Positions 54,543 through 64,000 of a stretch of DNA of 64,000 nt are shown here, piece by piece. The stretch covers positions 2,016,001-2,080,000 of the forward strand of contig NZ_JAQNDL010000003.1 of the NCBI RefSeq assembly GCF_028368995.1. Reading direction: 5' to 3'. Numbering within the stretch: position 1 is the stretch's first letter; each line of letters starts with the position of its first letter. The DNA comes from Nannocystis bainbridge. GTDB lineage: Bacteria; Myxococcota_A; Polyangia; Nannocystales; Nannocystaceae. The notes below the pieces were generated by a model that ran no database searches, had not been told where the DNA came from, and saw only the letters and a list, made by a program, of their open reading frames with translations. A program made the translations under genes and the position numbers.

Positions 54543-55970
54543 TCAGCCTTGCACTTCGGCGTCGGCCTCGGCGCGCACGGCCTCGGGGTCGAGCGACGCC
54601 TCGAGGAAGTGGGTATCGTATTTACCACTAATGAACGCCGGTTGCTTGAGAAGCCACCGGTGCAGCGGGATATTGGTCTGGATGCCCTCGATGACGCATT
54701 CGCCGAGCGCGCGCTGCATCCGCCGGATCGCCTGCTGGCGGTCGGGGGCGTGGACGATGAGCTTGGCCAGCATCGAGTCGTAGAAGGGCGGAACCGTGAT
54801 GCCCTGGTACATGTGGCTGTCGACCCGGACCCCGTAGCCGCCCGGGAAGTGCAGCGCCGAGATCGTCCCCGGCTGGGGGATGAACTTGATCGGATCTTCG
54901 GCGTTGATCCGGCACTCGATGGCGTGCCCGCGCGGCCGGAACTCGCGCATCAGGTGCCCGAGCGGCTCGCCCGTGGCCAGCCGGATCTGCTCCTGCACGA
55001 GGTCGATGCCGGTGATCATCTCGGTCACGCAGTGCTCGACCTGGACGCGCGTATTCATCTCCATGAAGTAGAAGCGGTCGCCGTCGAGCAAGAACTCGAT
55101 CGTGCCGAGCGAGTGGTAGCCGATCGCCTTGGCGGCCGCGACCGCGGCGGCGCACATCTCCCGCCGCAGGGCGTCGCCCAGCACCGAGCAGGGCGCCTCC
55201 TCGAGCACCTTCTGGTGGCGCCGCTGGACCGAGCACTCGCGCTCCAGCAAGTGATTGGCGTTGCCGTGCTGGTCGGCGACGACCTGGACCTCGACGTGGC
55301 GCGGGCTCTGGACGTAGCGCTCGAGGTACATGTCGCCGTTGCCGAACGCCTTGAGCGCCTCGACCTGGGCGGTCTGCAGCGTCTGCGGCAGCAGCTTGAT
55401 GTCGCGGACGATCTTCATGCCGCGCCCACCGCCGCCCGCCGACGCCTTGAGGATGACCGGCAGCCCGATGCGCTCGGCCTCGGCGACCGCGTGCGCGGCG
55501 CTGGTGAGCACGCCCGAGCCCGGCAGCACCGGCACGCCCGAGCGGTCCATCGTCTGGCGCGCGGTGACCTTGTCGCCCATCACGCGCATGTGCGTCGGGT
55601 CAGGGCCGATGAAGGTCAGCTTGCACTTCTGGACGATCTCGGCGAACTCGGCCCGCTCCGACAGGAAGCCGTAGCCGGGGTGCACCGCGTCGGCGCCGGT
55701 GAGCTCGGCGGCGGCGATGATGTTCTTGATGTTGAGGTAGCTCTGCGACGACGGCCCCGGCCCGATGCAGACCGCCTCGTCGGCGAACCGCACGTGCAGC
55801 GCGTGCTCGTCGACGGTCGAGTAGACGGCGACGGTGCGGATCCCCAGCTCGCGGCAGGCCCGGATCACGCGCAGGGCGATCTCGCCCCGGTTGGCGACCA
55901 GGACCTTGCGGATCTCTCTCAGCGGCGGCGTGGACCGCGGCGCGGCGGGATGAGGCGTCTTCGTCGGCAT
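54543..55970 (-). CDS. accC: Acetyl-CoA carboxylase biotin carboxylase
   Basis: [37 protein letters not shown]. Confidence 0.98.
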   Translation of the reverse strand: MPTKTPHPAAPRSTPPLREIRKVLVANRGEIALRVIRACRELGIRTVAVYSTVDEHALHVRFADEAVCIGPGPSSQSYLNIKNIIAAAELTGADAVHPGYGFLSERAEFAEIVQKCKLTFIGPDPTHMRVMGDKVTARQTMDRSGVPVLPGSGVLTSAAHAVAEAERIGLPVILKASAGGGGRGMKIVRDIKLLPQTLQTAQVEALKAFGNGDMYLERYVQSPRHVEVQVVADQHGNANHLLERECSVQRRHQKVLEEAPCSVLGDALRREMCAAAVAAAKAIGYHSLGTIEFLLDGDRFYFMEMNTRVQVEHCVTEMITGIDLVQEQIRLATGEPLGHLMREFRPRGHAIECRINAEDPIKFIPQPGTISALHFPGGYGVRVDSHMYQGITVPPFYDSMLAKLIVHAPDRQQAIRRMQRALGECVIEGIQTNIPLHRWLLKQPAFISGKYDTHFLEASLDPEAVRAEADAEVQG

Positions 55971-56464
55971 CAGAGCTTGCGGACCCGGAACAGCTTGGCC
56001 CCGTATTCGACCGGCTTGGCGTTGTCGAGCAGGCACTCCTCGATCACGCACGGGAACTCGGCCTCGAGCTCGTTGAACAGCTTCATCGCTTCGACGATGC
56101 AGAGGGTCTGACCGCGCTGCACCGTGGTGCCGACCTCGACGAACGAGGGCGTGTCGGGGCTGGACGAGCGGTAGAAGGTGCCGACGAACGGCGAAGTGAT
56201 GAAGGTGCCGGCGGCCGCAGGCGCGGCGGCCGGGGCCGCAGCCGGGGCGAGCGCCGGCGCGGGCGCGTCGTAGACGACCGGGCGGGCGGCGACCGGCGCG
56301 GCCTCGACGGCGGTGTTGCGGCGGAGCAGCACGCGGTGCTCGCCGCTCTCGATCTCGATCTCGTCGAGGTCGTTCTGGCGCAGCACCTTGGCCAGCTCGC
56401 GGATGTACCGCAGGTCCGGCAGCGAATCAGGCCGTGGAGACGAATCCCGAGGTTCGGACGACAT
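55970..56464 (-). CDS. accB: Biotin carboxyl carrier protein
   Basis: [12 protein letters not shown]. Confidence 0.97.
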   Translation of the reverse strand: MSSEPRDSSPRPDSLPDLRYIRELAKVLRQNDLDEIEIESGEHRVLLRRNTAVEAAPVAARPVVYDAPAPALAPAAAPAAAPAAAGTFITSPFVGTFYRSSSPDTPSFVEVGTTVQRGQTLCIVEAMKLFNELEAEFPCVIEECLLDNAKPVEYGAKLFRVRKL

Positions 56465-56503
56465 GCACTCTCCGTCAGGGTCGAAGGGTCCCGGGCGCGT
56501 CGC

Positions 56504-56959
56504 TCACGACGGGCGGGCCGCGTGCTCGGCTACGAGGTAGCGCAGAGCGAGGTGGTAGGAGGCAGTGCCGAGGCCCATGATGACGCCGACACATGCTACG
56601 CCAGACATTGATACCTGGCGCAAGCTTTCGCGGCGGTAGAGGTTGCTGAGGTGGACCTCGACCGCCGGCACGGGCACCGCTCGCAGCGCGTCTTGAATCG
56701 CCACGCTGGTGTGCGTGTAGGCGCCCGGATTGATGATGATGCCGTCGGCGGTGCCGTACGCGGCGTGGATCCAGTCGAGGATCACGCCTTCGTGGTTGCT
56801 CTGCCGGCAGGTCAGCTCGGCCCCGAGCTCGCCGGCCAGCGCCTGCAGCGAGGCGTCCAGCTGGGCCAAGGTCTGCGCGCCGTAGATACCCGGCTCGCGT
56901 TGGCCCAGCAGGTTGAGGTTGGGCCCGTGGATCACGAGCACCCGCGGCGCCGCCGACAT
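56504..56959 (-). CDS. aroQ: Type II 3-dehydroquinate dehydratase
   Basis: [35 protein letters not shown]. Confidence 0.98.
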   Translation of the reverse strand: MSAAPRVLVIHGPNLNLLGQREPGIYGAQTLAQLDASLQALAGELGAELTCRQSNHEGVILDWIHAAYGTADGIIINPGAYTHTSVAIQDALRAVPVPAVEVHLSNLYRRESLRQVSMSGVACVGVIMGLGTASYHLALRYLVAEHAARPS

Positions 56960-56966
56960 CCCCAGC

Positions 56967-57317
56967 CTACAGACTGGCGAGCAGCTCGGGCGCCGCCGAC
57001 TTCAACACCCAGCGCCCCTTGCCGAAGCTCCCCGAGTCGGCCAGCAGCACGATCGTGAAGAACTCCTCGGACAGGCAGCGCACCAGCAGGGTGCCGCGCT
57101 CCGCCTTGATCGTGATGTCGGTCAGGGCGCCGAGGTCGAGCGCCTTGGAGGCCTTGAGCAGCTCGACGAACCGAAATGAAAACTCGGTTGCGATGCCCTC
57201 GATGTCAGCCCCGCTGTCGCCGTCGTATTGCTCGACGGTGATGCCATCAAAGCCCATCAGGATGGCACCCTTGGCGCCTGGGATCTGTTCAACGATGGAT
57301 TTGAGGGTTTCTTTCAT
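56967..57317 (-). CDS. mglC: Roadblock/LC7 protein, MglC-like
   Basis: [16 protein letters not shown]; syntenic between pil genes and accB. Confidence 0.7.
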   Translation of the reverse strand: MKETLKSIVEQIPGAKGAILMGFDGITVEQYDGDSGADIEGIATEFSFRFVELLKASKALDLGALTDITIKAERGTLLVRCLSEEFFTIVLLADSGSFGKGRWVLKSAAPELLASL

Positions 57318-57437
57318 GATTGGCGCAGTCCTCGCGCGGGCCGCCAGGTTGGCAGAGCAAATCGGTTCTGGCAAGCCTCAACTCGGCCGCAACCAGGCGT
57401 TCGCACTCGTTCACCCTCGTCTGTGGCGACCCTGCGC

Positions 57438-58604
57438 TCACTCCGCGGGCAATTGCGCTCGCTGCCGCAGCAGCCCCAGGATCTCGCGCGGGGTCAGCGG
57501 CAACACCAGCGGCTCGCCGACCCGCGCCAACGCCACGTAACTCACGGTGCCGCCGACGCGCTTTTTGTCGACCGCCAGGGCGCGCTCGACCGCGGCGCCG
57601 CGGTCCCCGGTGAGCCACGCGTCGAGATCTTGCGGCAACCGCAGGCGAGCGAGCGCCTGCGTGACCATCGGTTCGAGCCCCGGCTCGGCGACGCCCTTGA
57701 GCTCGGAGACCCGCGCGGCCGCTCGCAGCCCGAGCGCGACCGCGTCGCCGTGCGGGACTTCGTAGTTCGAGGCCGCCTCGATCGCGTGCGCCATGGTGTG
57801 CCCGAGGTTGAGCAGCACCCGACCCTTGCCGGCCTCGCCCTGCTCCCACGGGTCGCGACCGATGCAGGCCGCCTTGAGCCCGACCGAGGTCGCCACCAGC
57901 GGGGTGATGACGTCGACGTCGCGGGCGTAGATCCCGTCGGCGCGCGCGAGCAGCTGCTCGAGGTGGTCGCCCGAGAACAGCAGCGCGTGCTTGAGCATCT
58001 CGGCCAGACCCTGCGCGAGCTCGCGGTCGGGCAGCGAGCTCAGGACCTCGGGGTCGATGGCGACGAACAGCGGGAAGTGAAACACCCCGACCATGTTCTT
58101 GGCGCCGGGCAGGTCGACGGCGACCTTGCCCCCGACCGAGGCGTCGACCTGCGCGAGCAGGGACGTCGGCACCTGCACGACCGGGATGCCGCGCATGAAC
58201 AGCGCCGCGGACAGGCCCGAGAGGTCGCCGATGACGCCGCCGCCGAGCGCCACCACGGCGTCTCGTCGACTGAGGCCGCCGGAGATCATCTGCTCGAGCA
58301 CGGCGAGCAGCGACGGCATGGTCTTGTGCACCTCGCCCGCCGGAACGACGATCGGTACGACCTGGAAGCCGTGCGCTTCGAGGCTGGCCCGGGCCGCGGC
58401 GCCGTGCAGGCGCGCCACGTTGGCGTCGGTGATGAGCGCGACCGAATTGGCCCCGCCGAGCCGCTGTCGCAGCTCGGTGCCGATCCGCGACAACATGCCG
58501 CGACCGATCAGCACCGGATAGCTGCGGCTCTCGGCCGGGACGTGGACGTCGAGCACGAGGGGCCGAGGGCGCTTGCGTTGGCTGGATGACCCGCTGTCTT
58601 GCAT
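57438..58604 (-). CDS. aroB: 3-dehydroquinate synthase
   Basis: GGGVIGDL, PTSLLAQVDASVGGK, LNLGHT. Confidence 0.97.
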   Translation of the reverse strand: MQDSGSSSQRKRPRPLVLDVHVPAESRSYPVLIGRGMLSRIGTELRQRLGGANSVALITDANVARLHGAAARASLEAHGFQVVPIVVPAGEVHKTMPSLLAVLEQMISGGLSRRDAVVALGGGVIGDLSGLSAALFMRGIPVVQVPTSLLAQVDASVGGKVAVDLPGAKNMVGVFHFPLFVAIDPEVLSSLPDRELAQGLAEMLKHALLFSGDHLEQLLARADGIYARDVDVITPLVATSVGLKAACIGRDPWEQGEAGKGRVLLNLGHTMAHAIEAASNYEVPHGDAVALGLRAAARVSELKGVAEPGLEPMVTQALARLRLPQDLDAWLTGDRGAAVERALAVDKKRVGGTVSYVALARVGEPLVLPLTPREILGLLRQRAQLPAE

Positions 58605-58612
58605 GCAGGACC

Positions 58613-59197
58613 TCAGAGGATGCGGAGGCTGGTGGCAAGCGCCGTCAGCAACCGGTGCGCCACATCTTGCGGCGGTCCGTTGCCGTCGACAACTCCGTCC
58701 GCTTCCTCATACGCCGACCTTCGGTTGTCAAGGAGTTCGCCGACGCGCGCCGCGACCGCGCCCTCGTCCGACCCGAGCAACGGACGTCCGCCCAGCGGCG
58801 TGACGACCAGTCGACGCGCGAGCTCGGCCGGCGGGACGTCGAGGAAGTACACGACCCCGGCTTCGCGCATCAGCGCGCGGTTGGCCGGGTCGACGACGAG
58901 TCCGCCGCCCGCGGCGACCACGACGGTGCGCGCCCGAAAGCCGGGCTCGGCCACGAGGAGCTGCAAGGCGGCCTTCTCGCAGTGGCGGAAGTGCGACTCG
59001 CCGCGGGCGAACAGCGCGGGGATCGCCGCGCCGAAGAGCCGCTCGATCCGGCGGTCGAGGTCGATGAACGGCGCGCCCCACAGCCCGGCCACGATCGGCC
59101 CGACGGTCGACTTGCCGGCGCCCATCATCCCGGTGAGGAAGAGCGGTCGTTGCGGATCGTCTGCACGGCGTGAAGTCATGGCGGTGAGAGAGCTCAT
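58613..59197 (-). CDS. aroK: Shikimate kinase
   Basis: GMMGAGKST, DLD, GESHFR, GGG, RPLL; alternative start 59180. Confidence 0.93.
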   Translation of the reverse strand: MSSLTAMTSRRADDPQRPLFLTGMMGAGKSTVGPIVAGLWGAPFIDLDRRIERLFGAAIPALFARGESHFRHCEKAALQLLVAEPGFRARTVVVAAGGGLVVDPANRALMREAGVVYFLDVPPAELARRLVVTPLGGRPLLGSDEGAVAARVGELLDNRRSAYEEADGVVDGNGPPQDVAHRLLTALATSLRIL

Positions 59198-59808
59198 CAG
59201 CGTGGGACAGGGCTCGGCGCGCTCGGGTGCGCCGGCGGCTCGGCGAGCTCGGCCCTGACCCGCAGCGCGCCTGCGCGAAAAGAGATCTCCAGCGCGCCGT
59301 CCTCGGCGGGCCAGCGCAGCGCGAGCTCGTCGAGCACGACGGTCTCGGGCAAGGCGGCGAGCGCGGTGACGAAGCGGACCAGCGCGTCCCAGCCGCCCCG
59401 CGCGTCGACCCGCACCGGCGAGCGCACGCCCCACTCGCCCGCGGGCTCGTCGGGCAGCGGCTGCCAGCGATCGATCTCGAGGCCCGAGTCGCGCGCGAGC
59501 GCGGGCACGATGAACAGCAGGTCGGCCCGGTCCCCCGCGGCGCCGGGGGTCGCCGCCAGCGCCAGCGTCAGCGCGACCTCGTCGGCGGCCAGCGCCGCGG
59601 CGAAGGTCTGCTGCTCGGCCAGCTCCTGCGTCACCCGGTCCCGCCGCGCCTCGGCGGCCGCGAGCTCGTTGCGGGCCGCGAGCAGGTCGGCGCGCGCCGG
59701 CACGAAGAACAGCACGTAGCCGACGATCGCGGTGACGCTGGCGCCGAGCCCCCAGATCAGCAGCGTCTGCAGGACGGACAGGCGCGTGAGGCTCTCGGGC
59801 GACAGCAC
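59197..59808 (-). CDS. pilO: Type IV pilus assembly protein PilO (divergent)
   Basis: N-terminal TM, coiled coil, SGLEI..WQP..E and G.W..LVRFV..LAAL; synteny. Confidence 0.75.
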   Translation of the reverse strand: MLSPESLTRLSVLQTLLIWGLGASVTAIVGYVLFFVPARADLLAARNELAAAEARRDRVTQELAEQQTFAAALAADEVALTLALAATPGAAGDRADLLFIVPALARDSGLEIDRWQPLPDEPAGEWGVRSPVRVDARGGWDALVRFVTALAALPETVVLDELALRWPAEDGALEISFRAGALRVRAELAEPPAHPSAPSPVPR

Positions 59809-59816
59809 GGCGCGTC

Positions 59817-60371
59817 TCACTGGTTCGGCGCGGCCTCGAGATCGAGGCGGAAGCGCAGGCTGTCGTCGGCGGTGCGGGCGTATTCTGGCCCATAGGACAG
59901 GTGGAACTTCGCCTCGGCGCGGACCCGGGCGACCAACGCGGCGAGGGCTGCGTGGTCGCGAGCGAGGCCGTCGACCCGCCAGCCGCCGAGTGTGGCCGCG
60001 TGGGCTTCGAGCGGCCGCAGCGCCGCGTCGTCCGCCTCGAACAACCCCGCCAGCTCGGCCAGCGCCGCCGCCGGTTCGCCGCGAGCCTCGCGGAGCCGCG
60101 CCAGCGCCTCCTGGCGGATCCGCAGCACCCGCTGGCGCTCCGCCAGGGCCGGATTGTCGCGCTTCTTCTCGAGCCGCCGGATCTCCGCCGTCACCTCGGC
60201 CGTGCTCGCGCGCAGCTCGGCCGCCGTCGCGCCGTGGCTGGCGATCCACGCGTAGCCGGTGCCGATCACCGCGGCCCAGCCGAGCAGCATCGCGCCGGCC
60301 AGCGCGACCCCGCTGCGCAGCCGCAGGCGTCGCCGCCGCTGGGCCCGCGGCAGGAGGTTGATGCGGATCAC
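59817..60371 (-). CDS. pilN: Type IV pilus assembly protein PilN (divergent)
   Basis: MIRINLLP motif, TM, coiled coil. Confidence 0.85.
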   Translation of the reverse strand: MIRINLLPRAQRRRRLRLRSGVALAGAMLLGWAAVIGTGYAWIASHGATAAELRASTAEVTAEIRRLEKKRDNPALAERQRVLRIRQEALARLREARGEPAAALAELAGLFEADDAALRPLEAHAATLGGWRVDGLARDHAALAALVARVRAEAKFHLSYGPEYARTADDSLRFRLDLEAAPNQ

Positions 60372-61414
60372 GGCGAGTCCTCCGCCCGCCGCAGCGCCAG
60401 CCCGAACGCCAGCGCCGCGGCCGCCCCCTCGGCCTGCAGCGCCGCTGTATCGACACCGGCGTCGATCGCCAGGCGGGCAAACGGCTCGACCCGCTGCACC
60501 GCGGCGCCGAGGCGTTCACCCAGCGCCGGCGCCAGCGTCGGCGTGGCCGCGGCGCCGCCCGCCAGGTAGATGCGCGTGAGCGGCTCGGCGACCGTCGAGT
60601 CGAGGAAGAACGCGAGCGAGCGCTGGACCTCGCCGGCGATCGCCTGCGACACCGGCATGAGCACCTCGGCGAGGCGGGCCGCCACCTCCGGCTCGACGCA
60701 GGCGCGCCGCTTGAGCGCCTCCGCCTCGCTCGCGCTCGCGCCGAGGGCTCGCTGGATCGCCGCGTCGAAGTCGCGCCCGCCGGCGCCGAAGTCGCGCCCG
60801 TACGCCGGCACCCCGTCGGCCACGATCGTGATCGTCGAGTTCGCCGCGCCGACCGCCAGCACCGCCGCCGTCTCGCCGCCGACCAGGCCGTGGGCCGCCT
60901 CGACGCAGTTGTGCAGCGCGAACGCGGCGGCGTCGACGACCACCGGCCGCAGCCCGCAGTCCTGGGCCACGCGCAGGCGCTGGCGGACGATGTCGTGCTT
61001 GGCCGCCACGAGCAGCACCTCGATCTCGCCCGTCGCCGGGTTCTCGCGCAAGATCGTGTGATCGATCAGCACCTCGCCGCGCTGCTGCGGCGCCACGATC
61101 TGGTCGGCCTCCCACGCGATCTGGGCCACCAGCGCCTCGGGTCGCAGCTGCGGGACCGCGAAGCGCTTGATGATGACGCCGTTCCCCGCGACCGCGAGGG
61201 CCACGTCGCGGCCGTGCGGTCGCACGCGCGCGAGCACGCGCCGGACCGCGGCCACTGTCGCCTCGTGGTCGACGACCTGGCCGTCTTCGACGCAACCTGG
61301 GGCCAGCGGCTCGACGCCGAAGCGAGCGACCCGCAGGCCCGAGCGGGCCTGTCGCAGCTGCACGAGGCGGACCGCCGAGGTGCCGAGGTCGAGGCCGAAG
61401 CAGCGCCTGGTCAT
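60368..61414 (-). CDS. pilM: Type IV pilus assembly protein PilM
   Basis: GLDLGTSAVR, VLLVAAK, IYLAGG, AFGLALR. Confidence 0.92.
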   Translation of the reverse strand: MTRRCFGLDLGTSAVRLVQLRQARSGLRVARFGVEPLAPGCVEDGQVVDHEATVAAVRRVLARVRPHGRDVALAVAGNGVIIKRFAVPQLRPEALVAQIAWEADQIVAPQQRGEVLIDHTILRENPATGEIEVLLVAAKHDIVRQRLRVAQDCGLRPVVVDAAAFALHNCVEAAHGLVGGETAAVLAVGAANSTITIVADGVPAYGRDFGAGGRDFDAAIQRALGASASEAEALKRRACVEPEVAARLAEVLMPVSQAIAGEVQRSLAFFLDSTVAEPLTRIYLAGGAAATPTLAPALGERLGAAVQRVEPFARLAIDAGVDTAALQAEGAAAALAFGLALRRAEDSP

Positions 61415-61507
61415 GCGTTTAGGCCGGCTCGCGGACAGTGGGCCGCGACGCGGGCTCGCGGGGGGACGGGGACAGGGACGGCGGCGCGACGCGGCCGCGA
61501 ACGCGGC

Positions 61508-62017
61508 TCAGGCCTGGTCGATGTCGGGGCCGAACACTTGCTCGCGCGCCGAGGGGCTGAGCCCGAGCGCCTCGAGGATCTTGCGCTTGGTATCCATGCG
61601 GCATGGACATCCCGACTCCACGCGGTCGATGGTTAGCGGGCTGACGCCGGCACGTCGCGCGAGCTCGGCCTTGCTCATCATGGCGGCCTGGCGCAGCTTG
61701 CGGACGTTGTTGGGCTGCACGCCCTTCCCCTTCGGGGTCGCGGTCGGGGTCGCGGTCGGTGTCGCGGTCGGTGTCGCGGTCGGTGTCGCGGCCCCGTTGT
61801 CGTCGGCGGCCTTGCGGGCTCGCTTCGGCGCCGGCGCCTCGACGGCGTTCGCGGCCGCGGGCTCGCCGACCTCGCCGGCCTCGCCGACCTCGCCACCATC
61901 GTCTGCCTCGCGCTCGCGCGGCGGCGCGTCCTCGCGGGCGTACAGCTCGGCTGTGTCCGCGGGGGCGGCTTGCTGCGGCGGCGGAGCTTGAAGCTCCTGC
62001 TTCGGGGTCGCGGTCAT
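61508..62017 (-). CDS. XRE-family HTH regulator with low-complexity N-terminal extension
   Basis: NNVRKLR..MMSKAELARRAGVSPLTIDRVESG; alternative GTG start at 61720. Confidence 0.85.
   Translation of the reverse strand: MTATPKQELQAPPPQQAAPADTAELYAREDAPPREREADDGGEVGEAGEVGEPAAANAVEAPAPKRARKAADDNGAATPTATPTATPTATPTATPKGKGVQPNNVRKLRQAAMMSKAELARRAGVSPLTIDRVESGCPCRMDTKRKILEALGLSPSAREQVFGPDIDQA
61732..61790. repeat. 12-bp coding tandem repeat (ATPT)
   Basis: TCGG(G/T)GTCGCGG repeated about 5 times. Confidence 0.85.
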
Positions 62018-62050
62018 GGGGCTGGCCGGTCGGGCTACGCTTTCCTACAC

Positions 62051-62079
62051 ATTGTCAGCCCCGGCAAGGGGTTCGTCAA
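62051..62079 (-). promoter_or_regulatory. Putative sigma70 promoter for XRE-pilMNO (TTGACG-17-GACAAT)
   Basis: AT-rich region upstream (62095-62145); -10 overlapped by TGTCAGCCCCGGCA. Confidence 0.55.
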
Positions 62080-62384
62080 CGTGGCAGGACCGTCTCAGTG
62101 ATACGTAAGTGAATGTTAGTGATATGGATTTGATAGGTCTTTGTAGCGATCCGAGCGACGCCCAGCACCGCCCCTCCGAGCTAGGTGAAAACGCTTCTGG
62201 GGGCAGCTGCGGGGCCACAGGCTGCGATTCGTGGCCCATGTGCGAAAATGCTCACCGGCGGGAACAGCGCGCGCGCGTCCACGCACGCCTGGGCCTTGGG
62301 CAGATCTCCCTGGGTCGCGCCGACCAATGCCGAGGCCGCCGACCGCGGTGCCGCGATGCGCGCGGATGGTAACCTCCCGGCGCC

Positions 62385-63869
62385 GTGACCACCGCAGACT
62401 TGATCCTCGCCATCGACCAGGGGACCACCGGCAGCACCTGCTTGCTCGTCGACCCGCAGCTCCGCGTGCTGGCGCGCGCGACCCGGGAGTTCCCACAGCA
62501 CTTTCCGCAGCCCGGGTGGGTCGAGCACGACCCTGACGAGCTGTACGCCTCCGTGCTAGCGACCGTGGCCGAGGTGCTGCAGACGAGCGGCGTGGAGCCG
62601 GCGCGCATCGCCGCCGTCGGCATCACCAACCAGCGCGAGACCAGCCTTTTGTGGGGTCGTCGTGACGGTCGGCCGCTGCACCGCGCGCTCGTGTGGCAGG
62701 ACCGGCGCACCGCCGACACCTGCGAGTCGCTCCGCGCCGCCGGCCACGAGGACCTCATCCGCGCGCGCACCGGGCTGCTGCTCGACCCTTACTTCGCCGC
62801 CACCAAGCTGGCGTGGGTCCTCGACCACGTGCCAGGCGCCCGCGCCCGCGCCGACGCAGGCGAGCTCGCGGCCGGCACCGTCGACACCTACCTCGTGTGG
62901 CGGCTGACCGCCGGCGCCGCCCACGTCTCGGAGCCGAGCAACGCCTCGCGCACCCTGCTCTGGCCGCTCCAAGGCGGCGGCTGGGACGAGCAGCTGTGCG
63001 GCCTCCTGCGCGTGCCCTCGGCGATCCTCCCGCGCGTCCTCCCGTGCACCGCTCGCTTCGGCGAGACCCGCGGCGTGCCCGGCCTGCCGGACGGCATCCC
63101 GATCCACGGCATCGCCGGCGACCAGCAGGCGGCCCTGTTCGGCCAGGCCTGCTTCGAGCCCGGCGAGGCCAAGTGCACCTACGGCACCGGCGCCTTCGCC
63201 ATGCTCAACACCGGCGACACCCCGGTCGCCTCGCGCCACGGCCTCCTCACCACGGTCGGCTGGCAGATCGGCGAGCGCACCACCTACTGCCTCGAGGGCA
63301 GCGCCTTCATGGCCGGCGCGGTCGTGCAATGGCTGCGCGACGGCCTCGGCTTCGTCGTCAAGGCCAGCGAGATCGAGGCCCTCGCCGCCAGCGTGCCCGA
63401 CAGCGGCGGCGTCATCCTCGTGCCTGCGCACGCGGGCCTCGGCGCGCCCTACTGGCGACCGCACGCGCGCGGCCTGATCAGCGGCATCACCCGCGGCACC
63501 GCCCGCGCGCACATCGCTCGCGCCGCGCTCGAGGGCATCGCCTTGCAGATCGCCGACCTGCTCCGCGCCATGAGCGCCGACATCGGCGCCCCGCTCAAGG
63601 CGCTCAAGGTCGACGGCGGCGCCGCGGCCAACGACCTCCTCATGCAGCTGCAGGCCGACCTCCTCGGCGTCCCGATCGCTCGCCCCACCATGCTCGAGGC
63701 CACCGCTCTCGGCGCCGTCTTCCTCGCCGGCCTCGGCGCCGGCGTCTGGTCCGACACCACCGCCCTATCCGCCGCCTGGAAGCAGGACCGCGCCTTTACC
63801 CCGCGGCCCCCGACCACCGCCCTGGCGACCCTGCGCAGCAACTGGGAGCGCGCTGTCGCCCTGGCCTGA
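62385..63869 (+). CDS. glpK: Glycerol kinase
   Basis: AIDQGTTGS, GITNQRET, WQDRRT, GDQQAALFGQ, KCTYGTG, VDGG. Confidence 0.98.
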   Translation: MTTADLILAIDQGTTGSTCLLVDPQLRVLARATREFPQHFPQPGWVEHDPDELYASVLATVAEVLQTSGVEPARIAAVGITNQRETSLLWGRRDGRPLHRALVWQDRRTADTCESLRAAGHEDLIRARTGLLLDPYFAATKLAWVLDHVPGARARADAGELAAGTVDTYLVWRLTAGAAHVSEPSNASRTLLWPLQGGGWDEQLCGLLRVPSAILPRVLPCTARFGETRGVPGLPDGIPIHGIAGDQQAALFGQACFEPGEAKCTYGTGAFAMLNTGDTPVASRHGLLTTVGWQIGERTTYCLEGSAFMAGAVVQWLRDGLGFVVKASEIEALAASVPDSGGVILVPAHAGLGAPYWRPHARGLISGITRGTARAHIARAALEGIALQIADLLRAMSADIGAPLKALKVDGGAAANDLLMQLQADLLGVPIARPTMLEATALGAVFLAGLGAGVWSDTTALSAAWKQDRAFTPRPPTTALATLRSNWERAVALA

Positions 63870-63889
63870 GGGACATGTCCCGAAGGCCA
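63862..63889. repeat. Two tandem 14-bp modules spanning the glpK stop
   Basis: TGGCCTGAGGGACA-TGTCCCGAAGGCCA. Confidence 0.75.
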
Positions 63890-64000
63890 GCCTCGCCGCG
63901 AGCGTTCGCCTCGTGACTCGCCTGCGCCGGCCGAGTCACGAGTGATGCGCTCCCGCGCTTGGGGCCGTGGGCCCCGAGGCCTACCTCGGGCCTCCGGCGC

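Overview
Very GC-rich chromosomal DNA (about 72% GC by eye) from a myxobacterium. The DUF4215 Cys-rich lipoprotein, DUF1592/DUF1552 pair, MXAN_5808-type S41 protease and mglC/sgmX synteny suggest a Nannocystis-like lineage (inference). About 45 real CDS are present; most long overlapping ORFs in the track are GC shadows. The left half is accessory: TonB receptor end, Ser/Thr kinase, S2P-CBS protease, CPA1 antiporter, NUDIX, HK, Coq4-like, a 1.5-kaa internally duplicated membrane protein, DUF1592/1552, a Cys-less glutaredoxin, VIT lipoprotein, Cys-rich repeat protein, GNAT and ADP-ribosylglycohydrolase. The right half is mostly core: HK/sigma54 RR, OM barrel, rsmI, rpoH-like sigma, S41 protease, tig-clpP-clpX, XRE-pilMNO-aroKB-mglC-aroQ-accBC-sgmX, and glpK. 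No rRNA, tRNA, transposase or true CRISPR was seen. The most striking unexplained signal is a 14-bp palindromic module, TGTC-N6-GACA. I counted at least 20 perfect copies by eye versus about 0.4 expected. It forms head-to-tail arrays in exact 14-bp register just after stop codons, sits singly at predicted promoters, and has been translated into low-complexity regions of two proteins. Also notable: pilP and pilQ are cleanly absent from pilMNO-aroK, and many genes look leaderless.
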